Positions 27,692 to 34,560 of a stretch of 49,081 nt of DNA are shown piece by piece; the first letter of the stretch is position 1; every line of letters starts with the position of its first letter. This stretch comes from Nanobdellota archaeon (GTDB taxonomy: Archaea > Nanobdellota > Nanobdellia > Woesearchaeales > GW2011-AR9), in assembly GCA_038046425.1 (NCBI GenBank), contig JBBSWG010000014.1:1-49081 (forward strand), given 5' to 3'. The notes under the pieces are model-generated. The model was not told where the DNA came from. It saw only the letters and a list, made by a program, of their open reading frames with translations, and searched no databases. Both the position numbers and the translations under genes were made by a program.

Positions 27692-29923
27692 ATGAAAAAG
27701 AGGAAGAATAATCGTTTTAGTATCCTGATAACAGTATTAGTGGTGATTATTTTGGGCTTTCTACTGCTCAAATTCCTGCCAAAGCCCCTCGTTCTAGTTC
27801 CTACGCCAGAACAGAGGGTAGAACAGTTGCTATCTCCAGCACTCCAGACAGATTATTCGCCTCCAGCCTCTTTACAGAATAACAGTTTCTATCGTGCTGG
27901 CTTTACTCCTGCGGAAACTTTGAAAAGTTATATGCTAACGTTCACCAATGATAAAAATTATACCGATGCCTACCAGTATTTGATCCAGTTCCAGCAAGGG
28001 TTGAATGGTATTGGTTTAAACAGTGCTCTAGAAATCGATAAGGCTTTGGCAGAATCGCTGGCAATTGCTGCCGCAAATGTAGAATCAGTTGGAGAAAATG
28101 ATAAAGAAGCCTGTTCCTACTTCAACTCCCTGTTGAATCCTTCCTTACTGGTAATGGATTTAACGCTCTGGACGGGAAAATCAGAGATTTATTCAGCTTT
28201 CCAGAAATATCGGAACATTGGAATCCAATGTGAGTTTTACTTTCCCGCTTTGCAGCACGGAATGTTTACCTACGATGTCCGCACGGGAAAAATGGTACAA
28301 AGAACTCTGTTCTGCGATCCCTCGGAGGGAAAAGTAAAGTGTTTTAGTGTCTGGAATTACTTTTGGAAATTTGCAGCGGATCCTGCCGCTGGTGCTGTTA
28401 ATTATGGCGCTGGCTGCAGCCTAACCGATTGGATGCGACAGGGGTTTGTCTGCGTGAATGGGATTGATCTACGTGGTTCAACCAGCGGGATTAGGCAGCT
28501 GAAATTAAAGTATTATCAATATCTTAAAATCCATGATCAAATATTTCCTTTGAGTAATTCTTCTTATGTCGTAGAAGAAGATGTAACGGATTCTTTCCAC
28601 AATGCCCTGGGAGCGAGCGGGAGAAATATTCTCAATAATGTGAAACGCAAATGTTCCCAAATAAAGGATAAAGCATCGTTGTATGGTAACTTGGCAGCAG
28701 GAATTTCAGATTTATATGAGGAAGGTTCTTCGTCTATTACTGGCGGAGTAGTAGGGATAGACACTACCCTAACTGAAACCGAAGAAGACCTGCAACAGCA
28801 GTATGAAAAAGCCATGCTGTTTGCCTCTTTGTTTTCCGAAGCCTGTATGCAGGACTTTAGTAATTTGGGGAATAGCCTTGGTGGTGGAATAGATAGTTTA
28901 GGGGGAAGAAACCTGAACACACCACTTTCCTGTATCATCTCTGATCTTGCTGGAAGTGGTTCGTCACAGTTACGAGAAACTGTTGAATGCTTTGCCCAGT
29001 TTGGACAGCAGCAGAAAATGGGGGCTCTGCTCAGTACCAGCGACAGTGTGCAAGGGATTCCTGATCCTAAATGTAAGATGTCTGATGCACGAGCATCAAA
29101 AGAAGCTTTGGAAAGTCTAACGCCACCATCTCCTATGGAAAAGACCCTGTATGAGGGTCTAAAAGGGAAAAGCGACTTTAGAGTTGTAGATACCAATTTA
29201 TTTCCCTATTTATGTGAGACGTGTAATAAGCCTAATATGGGTGCTTTTACGCCGATTGCTATAACTAAAGATGAAAACGGTAACACTATAGAAGCGAAAC
29301 AAGATGGGCCTATTATCTATAAAGAGGGGTACCAATATGATAGAGAGACTATAAAGCACGAAGAATGGCATGCATCGTGTCCCCAGTGCACTGAGGAACA
29401 GGTAAAGGAGTTAACGAAGAAAGGAGAAGATCCACCTAAAAAAACAGTGACCCCAGCAGAAGCAAAAAAGTACTGTAAAGATTGTACTACTTTGCCTGAT
29501 GAAAAGCCTAAGGAGGGTTATCCTGAGCCAGAAGGGGAAGATGCATGTTCTGCTAATGCACAGAGAATAGAAGCATTTCTAAACTGTATGGAACCAAAAA
29601 GTCAAGAAACTTTCTCCCAGCCTCCGGGAAACCGGCCAACACCTGATCCTGCCCCTGACGATGTCGGACAAGATATTACTTCCTGTGCGGAAGCGGTCTC
29701 AGCAGGCGGAATGTTCAGTAATCCTGTGGTGGGCTCACGGGACGATTGTATGTTTGGTGATCAGGATTGTAATATCCCTGGCGCTTATTACGGAGGAATA
29801 ATTCAAGGAAAGATAAATAAAAAGTGCCAGTATGCGCAAGACGATAGTGGTTTGCAATGTCCTTCTGATTTAGGTATGGGGACGGGAGTTGGAATGGAAG
29901 CGATTCCAGAAGGTTCTTCTTAG
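27692..29923 (+). CDS. large N-terminally anchored extracellular protein with a Cys-rich C-terminus
   Basis: 743 aa with an N-terminal TM/signal anchor RFSILITVLVVIILGFLLL. A TATA-like CATATAAAG lies about 28 nt upstream. No family recognised. Confidence 0.6.
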   Translation: MKKRKNNRFSILITVLVVIILGFLLLKFLPKPLVLVPTPEQRVEQLLSPALQTDYSPPASLQNNSFYRAGFTPAETLKSYMLTFTNDKNYTDAYQYLIQFQQGLNGIGLNSALEIDKALAESLAIAAANVESVGENDKEACSYFNSLLNPSLLVMDLTLWTGKSEIYSAFQKYRNIGIQCEFYFPALQHGMFTYDVRTGKMVQRTLFCDPSEGKVKCFSVWNYFWKFAADPAAGAVNYGAGCSLTDWMRQGFVCVNGIDLRGSTSGIRQLKLKYYQYLKIHDQIFPLSNSSYVVEEDVTDSFHNALGASGRNILNNVKRKCSQIKDKASLYGNLAAGISDLYEEGSSSITGGVVGIDTTLTETEEDLQQQYEKAMLFASLFSEACMQDFSNLGNSLGGGIDSLGGRNLNTPLSCIISDLAGSGSSQLRETVECFAQFGQQQKMGALLSTSDSVQGIPDPKCKMSDARASKEALESLTPPSPMEKTLYEGLKGKSDFRVVDTNLFPYLCETCNKPNMGAFTPIAITKDENGNTIEAKQDGPIIYKEGYQYDRETIKHEEWHASCPQCTEEQVKELTKKGEDPPKKTVTPAEAKKYCKDCTTLPDEKPKEGYPEPEGEDACSANAQRIEAFLNCMEPKSQETFSQPPGNRPTPDPAPDDVGQDITSCAEAVSAGGMFSNPVVGSRDDCMFGDQDCNIPGAYYGGIIQGKINKKCQYAQDDSGLQCPSDLGMGTGVGMEAIPEGSS

Positions 29924-29932
29924 TATTTGTCC

Positions 29933-30859
29933 TTACCTTTTTTTCTCCATTGTTGCTCGTTGCAACTCTTCAAGGCATTCCCTATTCCCGGCACAGATTT
30001 GGTTTATTAATGCTTTGGTGTTATCCTGATTGATATTGTAGTTCTGAAGCAGCTCTAAGCAGGAGGCATTATTCCGGCACTCAGCATCGATGATTTCCCG
30101 ATAGAAAGGTATTCTAAGAGTATCAGCGGGGTAATCTATAGCCGGAAAATACTTCCCTTCTTGAATATTCTCTCTAATGTTCTTTATTACATCAGGAAAA
30201 CCTTTCCATTCAGTTATGATTTCTCTCGCTTTATCTTTATTTCCAAACAGCCATTCTATTTTGCCGGCAAGAAGAATCTTTCCGTCCCGCAAGGCCCGAT
30301 CTCGTAGGGCGGGTAGTTCATCATCGGAAGTTAATTTAATTACTTCCTCATCATAGGACCGCTTATAAAATAATTCCCGCGCTTTGTTGATGTCTCCTAA
30401 ATAAACGTAAACTCTGGCAGCATCAACTTCTCGTTGGAAGTCTTTTTGTTCATAGTGTTGTATCGCTTCCTGCATCTTCTGAGCATGCTCTCTACTTCCG
30501 GGCCGATAAAAACAGTTAGCAAACTTCACATCGGCAGCAATTACTTCATCCAGTAACATCCAGCGAGCATGATCCCAGTGCATCCCGCTGTAGAGATAAG
30601 TTTTATCAGCTATATCTTTGAACTTTCTCTGATGCAGGTCGAGGAGTTTGCTCTTATTACAATCTATTTTAGGAGGTTTTTCCCTAAGAAACTCCGGCAC
30701 GATCCGAAGGTTTTTGATATATTGTTCGTATTCTTCTTGTTTTGGCCTGCTGGGAGCAATAAGCGGCGAGGGAGTGGATTGTGCCAGAGATGTGAAGATG
30801 GACCAACTTCCCGCCACCAGAAGTGCTACTAACCCTAAGCTGAGGCGGCGTTTTTCCAT
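29933..30859 (-). CDS. secreted helical-repeat (TPR-like) protein
   Basis: 308 aa. Signal peptide LGLVALLVAGSWSIFTSLAQS, helical-repeat-like segments and C-terminal Cys pairs. Confidence 0.55.
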   Translation of the reverse strand: MEKRRLSLGLVALLVAGSWSIFTSLAQSTPSPLIAPSRPKQEEYEQYIKNLRIVPEFLREKPPKIDCNKSKLLDLHQRKFKDIADKTYLYSGMHWDHARWMLLDEVIAADVKFANCFYRPGSREHAQKMQEAIQHYEQKDFQREVDAARVYVYLGDINKARELFYKRSYDEEVIKLTSDDELPALRDRALRDGKILLAGKIEWLFGNKDKAREIITEWKGFPDVIKNIRENIQEGKYFPAIDYPADTLRIPFYREIIDAECRNNASCLELLQNYNINQDNTKALINQICAGNRECLEELQRATMEKKR

Positions 30860-30961
30860 TAAGTGGTTATAGGCAATAATCTTTATAAATATTTCCAGAG
30901 GAAACGCTTTATCCCAGTTCTATCTGATCGCTTCTTCCGAAAGCCAAACAATCACGAATTA

Positions 30962-31618
30962 TTATCCTTTCACCCCCACCACCATCTCTCCATACGCGCT
31001 TAATTCCGCGGGTATATTTATTTTTCGCAGGAGAGTATTCTGAAATCCGGAATCACTCACCACCATCCCTCCCCCGGCCAGCTTCTCCACAATGTTCTGC
31101 TCATAATCTGGATGTGGCTCTTTCATGATCCGAAAGGCCCGCTCAAAATAAAGATTAAAATGGGGTAAAGAAGAAGGCAACGTCGAAATAATTTCAAAAA
31201 TATTTCCTTCCCGGCAGGTGAGGGTAACCAGAATTTCTTTCCAGTAGAAAGAAAGGGCTTTCCGTTCTTCTCCATCCCGTTCTTTTCCAGGTTCTTCTCC
31301 GAAGGACAAACCGGCATCGTCCAGAATAGTCCTGATGGCTTCCTGGACGGGGTAAAGGTCAACGAATAACAAGTTAGCTTTCTCCAGCTTAGGAAAAAGG
31401 TGTTCAAGGTAATATAATGGCCAGAAAAGGTCGGCTCCCGAGCCGGGATAGAGTACCGAGACTTCTTTATTTGGAAAGTTTGGCAACTGTTTTAACCATG
31501 ATAACTTTTCCCACTCATCCTGGAAGAAAAATTGCTTGATTTTTTCTCCATCGTGCTTATTTGTACGCAATCCTTGCGGCGGGACTTTTCGCGGGATGAG
31601 GGAAATGAGGTTGTTCAT
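30962..31618 (-). CDS. hypothetical protein, possibly a Rossmann/SAM-methyltransferase-like fold
   Basis: 218 aa. YPGSGADLF followed by LLFVDLYP resembles methyltransferase motifs I and II. This is weak evidence. Confidence 0.4.
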   Translation of the reverse strand: MNNLISLIPRKVPPQGLRTNKHDGEKIKQFFFQDEWEKLSWLKQLPNFPNKEVSVLYPGSGADLFWPLYYLEHLFPKLEKANLLFVDLYPVQEAIRTILDDAGLSFGEEPGKERDGEERKALSFYWKEILVTLTCREGNIFEIISTLPSSLPHFNLYFERAFRIMKEPHPDYEQNIVEKLAGGGMVVSDSGFQNTLLRKINIPAELSAYGEMVVGVKG

Positions 31619-31712
31619 AGAGGGTTTTGAATGAACTGTATTTTTATTATGTGGAATACGCCGCTGCTAACGTCGCCTCAAGACCCTCCAGTGAGGGGAG
31701 GCTAAGGTCTAA
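31619..31712 (+). repeat. intergenic repeat, family C copy 1
   Basis: AGAGGGTTTTGAAT...GTGGAATACGCCGCTGCTAACGTCGCCTCAAGACCCTCCAGTGAGGGGAGGC aligns by eye with 39404-39497, and partly with the reverse complement of 41265-41331. Confidence 0.7.
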
Positions 31713-31782
31713 TCATCCTCGCGATCTCTATAAGCTACCACAGCAGCGAAATATTTAAAAGTTACTGCTCGCTCGGCAGCCT

Positions 31783-32679
31783 ATGCCCGTCTCTCGGCCA
31801 GCCTCCTGGTTCTTATTGTCCCTATTATTCCTTTCCTTCTTCCTCCTGGCCTGTTCCAAAGAGGAAAATGTCACCGGAAGCTCTACCCGCAGCATCAGTA
31901 CGCTTACCGTTGTTGTTCGTGATGAAACCGGGCAGCCCTTGCCCGAAGCTAAAGTCTATCTGAACCAAGAATTCAAAGGGAAAACCAGCAAATACGGCAG
32001 CAGTGCCGGGACGCAAACGCTGGTGCTTACCGCTTCAGAAAATAAAATCGTCGTACGCAAAGAAGGCTATGCGGATTCTCTGCCGGTTACGGTCAGTGCC
32101 GCTGAGGGTGAGCAGTCGATTACGTTAATCCTGGAACTGAAAAAAGCAGTATATCTGGTGAGTGTCGAGCAGGACAATACGCCGATGGGCGGGGTGCGAG
32201 TGACACTCTTCCCGGAAGGCAGCAGTCTTCCGCTAGCGGTGGAAGAGACTGATTGGCATGGTGATGCTTTTTTTTCTGATGTTTCTGATGGCACCTATAT
32301 CATTACTCTCAGTAAAGAAGGATATGAGATCCAGCGCTGGAAGAGAGAGATTGATTATGCTAAAGGGGGAGAATTTGCCTCCAGTATGTTTGAGCTGGAA
32401 CCCAGTGCGGGGTTACAGGTTAAGGTGTATGATACATCTGGAAATTCGCTGGCTAATGCGGAAGTGACCCTCTATGCGCTGGCTGAATATAATGAGCCGG
32501 GAACACCATTACCTTTAGCGGTGGAATATACGTCCCGGGAAGGGATAGCAGAATTTACTTCCGTAGACTATGGTAATGCTTATGTAGTGCAGGTGAAAAA
32601 AGCAGGATATGATGCGGAAATGGAAGAGATTGTTCTCTTTAGTGGTAACCGCGTTCTCTCTATCGAATTAAACCGCTAA
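31783..32679 (+). CDS. lipobox-containing surface protein with four CarboxypepD_reg/PEGA-like repeats
   Basis: The signal ends in FLLAC-S. There are repeated modules of about 65 aa, each ending in K(E/A)GY... (VRKEGYAD, LSKEGYEI, VKKAGYDA). Confidence 0.65.
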   Translation: MPVSRPASWFLLSLLFLSFFLLACSKEENVTGSSTRSISTLTVVVRDETGQPLPEAKVYLNQEFKGKTSKYGSSAGTQTLVLTASENKIVVRKEGYADSLPVTVSAAEGEQSITLILELKKAVYLVSVEQDNTPMGGVRVTLFPEGSSLPLAVEETDWHGDAFFSDVSDGTYIITLSKEGYEIQRWKREIDYAKGGEFASSMFELEPSAGLQVKVYDTSGNSLANAEVTLYALAEYNEPGTPLPLAVEYTSREGIAEFTSVDYGNAYVVQVKKAGYDAEMEEIVLFSGNRVLSIELNR

Positions 32680-32681
32680 AG

Positions 32682-32693
32682 TTTTATAAATAC
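32682..32693 (+). promoter_or_regulatory. TATA box of the tRNA-Arg gene
   Basis: TTTTATAAATAC is centred about 28 nt upstream of tRNA position 1 (32716). Confidence 0.55.
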
Positions 32694-32715
32694 TCTTCTT
32701 TCTTCTTGGCCCGTT

Positions 32716-32873
32716 GAGCCCGTAGCCCAGCCTGGATAAGGCGTCAGCCTTCTACAGCCAAAAGCTCTATTGGTAAACTACTGATGAGCAGGTTGCTGAG
32801 AGCTGAAGATCGGGGGAAGTTACTGCCGCTTTAATGACAGTTTAACTCCCGAATTCAAATCCCCTCGGGCTCA
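32716..32873 (+). tRNA. tRNA-Arg (anticodon TCT) with two introns
   Basis: Perfect 7-bp acceptor stem GAGCCCG/CGGGCTC. D-arm with GG. Anticodon stem TCAGC/GCTGA with loop CTTCTA|A (anticodon at 32751-32753). T-arm GGGGG/CCCCT with TTCAAAT. Intron 1 is about 32755-32800 (position 37/38). Intron 2 is about 32817-32853, inside the T-arm. CCA is not encoded. Confidence 0.75.
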
Positions 32874-33006
32874 TCCTTTCCTATGATCTCTATTTTTCCG
32901 GCTCAACTATCCGATGCACCAGCAATATCTTTAAATACTTCCGCCCTGTTTATCCTAACTTATTATTACAAATATCAAAAACATTATCCTAAAAAAGGTG
33001 AATTTC

Positions 33007-33306
33007 ATGGACATCCGCCGGCGACAGACCTGTGAGAAATGCCGTACTTCTGTTCCCCTGGAAAAGATCCGCTTATTTCCCGGCAGCAATAATAAAACGA
33101 TAGCCGTCTGTGTCTCCTGCTCCAGTAAGATTACCAAGCCCCCAGAAAAGACTAAACCGCTTCCGTCTTTGCCGGCAGCCGAATTCGTCACCCTGCTCTG
33201 TAAACGCTGTAATTATGCTTTCCGTGCAGATAAAAGTAAAGCCGGGGTAACCCATCGCTTACATTGCCCCTACTGTGGAAAATCAGACCAATTGAAGAAG
33301 CAATAA
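33007..33306 (+). CDS. double zinc-ribbon protein, paralog 2
   Basis: CEKC...CVSC and CKRCNYAFRADKSKAG...CPYCGKSDQ. ATG 33007 is preceded by GGTGA. The track start GTG 32998 is an alternative. Confidence 0.7.
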   Translation: MDIRRRQTCEKCRTSVPLEKIRLFPGSNNKTIAVCVSCSSKITKPPEKTKPLPSLPAAEFVTLLCKRCNYAFRADKSKAGVTHRLHCPYCGKSDQLKKQ

Positions 33307-33308
33307 AC

Positions 33309-34091
33309 ATGGTCTATGTTAATGAACTACGGCATCTGAACCTGAAATCAGCGGAATTGGAGAGCTCAACACTCATCCGCGAGCTGAAGGAAAAAGTAAC
33401 CTATCCCCTGACTGTGGAAAAGCTGCAGGGCCAGCTGGCAGAACTGCTGCTTTCTGAGACGGATAAAGAGATGATGCTACATGCCTTCCATCTGCTGCAG
33501 CCGACGATCGAAGAGCTGATGAGCTTATTGACGGATCAATCTTCCCGGTATGAGGAAATAAACCTGCAGCGGGCCTTGACGATCTTAAATGAGCTGCTGG
33601 TGCCCTTGAATAAAAACATTGATTATGCTGAAGAAATCCTCAATTGGCAGGAAAACTGGATTGCCCAGACTATTCCCGTTCTTAACAGCATTCCCCGTAG
33701 TAAAACCGGGGAGGAGAAAGCTGCCTGGAACCGGCATTTCAGTGATTTCTTTGAGAAGGTGTTGCGGAACGGCGAGTTTAGCTTTAATTATCATGATCTG
33801 GTCAATGAGGCGCATCGGGACCATATTCGGGGCCTCGACGAGGGCATGGGAAAAGGCTTTCTCCTGCGCATCACCCTAGAGGAAGAGCTTAAGAAAGTTA
33901 ACTACGAAACGCTGAAAGCGCGCCTAGCTCCGGAAACTGTGGAGTTCCTGGAACATGTTCGGGGGAATGTGGAAGTGATCAAGAGGGGCGTGGAACGGTC
34001 TTATCAGGCTAATATGCGGATGGTGCAGTGGACATTAGTGATGTATGCGTATATTAAATGGTTGACGAATCCTTGGGAGAAGTTTCGGTGA
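33309..34091 (+). CDS. hypothetical all-helical protein
   Basis: ATG 33309 lies 2 nt after the stop of the zinc-ribbon gene, so the two are probably co-transcribed. About 260 aa with no recognisable motif. The track start at 33264 overlaps the upstream gene. Confidence 0.55.
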   Translation: MVYVNELRHLNLKSAELESSTLIRELKEKVTYPLTVEKLQGQLAELLLSETDKEMMLHAFHLLQPTIEELMSLLTDQSSRYEEINLQRALTILNELLVPLNKNIDYAEEILNWQENWIAQTIPVLNSIPRSKTGEEKAAWNRHFSDFFEKVLRNGEFSFNYHDLVNEAHRDHIRGLDEGMGKGFLLRITLEEELKKVNYETLKARLAPETVEFLEHVRGNVEVIKRGVERSYQANMRMVQWTLVMYAYIKWLTNPWEKFR

Positions 34092-34337
34092 AGCAGAGGA
34101 CGGCGCCGGCGGGCTCGCCGACGCGGGCTACCGTTCCCGTTGCTTAGCGTCGCTTCCGGAACCTGCACTTTTGCGTTTTATGGTAAGTGTATACATTAGC
34201 AAAAGTGCAGGTTCGGAACTTTTGCCTAGATTAGATAAAACTGCAAAAGTTCCGGAAACAAGCAGGCGTCGGATAGACGGACGAATCTCTGTAACCACCA
34301 CCGCTCGCCCGCCTCTTTGGCGGCCGTCCACTGCTTC
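34089..34337. repeat. GC-rich long palindromic element hosting family H copy 2
   Basis: The outer arm GAAGCAGAGGACGGCGCC (34089-34106) pairs with GGCGGCCGTCCACTGCTTC (34319-34337). The element begins on the stop codon of the upstream CDS. Confidence 0.6.
34155..34258 (-). repeat. double-hairpin repeat, family H copy 2
   Basis: ACCTGCACTTTTGC (34161-34174) pairs with GCAAAAGTGCAGGT (34199-34212). GGAACTTTTGC (34215-34225) pairs with GCAAAAGTTCC (34243-34253). It is the reverse complement of copy 1, including the 17-nt loop of one hairpin. Confidence 0.8.
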
Positions 34338-34368
34338 ACTGGGGTGAAGTATTACTAAAGTGAGAAAG

Positions 34369-34378
34369 GTATTTAAAG
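34369..34378 (+). promoter_or_regulatory. TATA box of the tRNA-Cys gene
   Basis: GTATTTAAAG is centred about 28 nt upstream of tRNA position 1 (34402). Confidence 0.55.
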
Positions 34379-34401
34379 GAAGGTAATTCCTATCTTCTTC
34401 T

Positions 34402-34551
34402 GCACCTGTAGCCAAATCCGGCAAGGCAATCGCCTGCAGTGGATTGCTGTGGTGAGCAATCGCGATGACCAGAAGACAGCGATCACTTGTGGGTTCAAAT
34501 ATTCAAGAGGAAAACACTTAACCTCCTGAAGCGGAAATCCCACCAGGTGCT
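34402..34551 (+). tRNA. tRNA-Cys (anticodon GCA) with two introns
   Basis: Perfect acceptor stem GCACCTG/CAGGTGC with discriminator T73, the Cys identity base. Anticodon stem ATCGC/GCGAT with loop CTGCAG|A (anticodon at 34436-34438). T-arm GTGGG/CCCAC with TTCAAAT. Intron 1 is about 34440-34477 (37/38). Intron 2 is about 34501-34538, in or next to the T-loop. Confidence 0.75.
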
Positions 34552-34560
34552 TTTATTATC

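Noticed and set aside
28564-29196. A 210-aa minus-strand ORF inside the 743-aa gene.
   Set aside because: It is antisense to a longer ORF that has a signal anchor and a promoter at the right distance. It has no motif.
29357-29371. An HEEWH (HExxH) pentapeptide in the 743-aa extracellular protein as a zinc-metalloprotease site.
   Set aside because: An isolated HExxH is common by chance. I see no third-ligand motif, no Met-turn and no other zincin context. A profile or structure search would be needed before making this call.
32780-32806. The CUGAUGAG string in the tRNA-Arg intron as a hammerhead ribozyme core.
   Set aside because: There is no downstream GAAA core segment, and no three-stem arrangement can be drawn. 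A K-turn-like C/D reading is more plausible and is listed as a low-interest finding.
34128-34424. A 98-aa minus-strand ORF.
   Set aside because: It spans the hairpin repeats, the TATA box and the 5' part of tRNA-Cys. It has no coding-like features.
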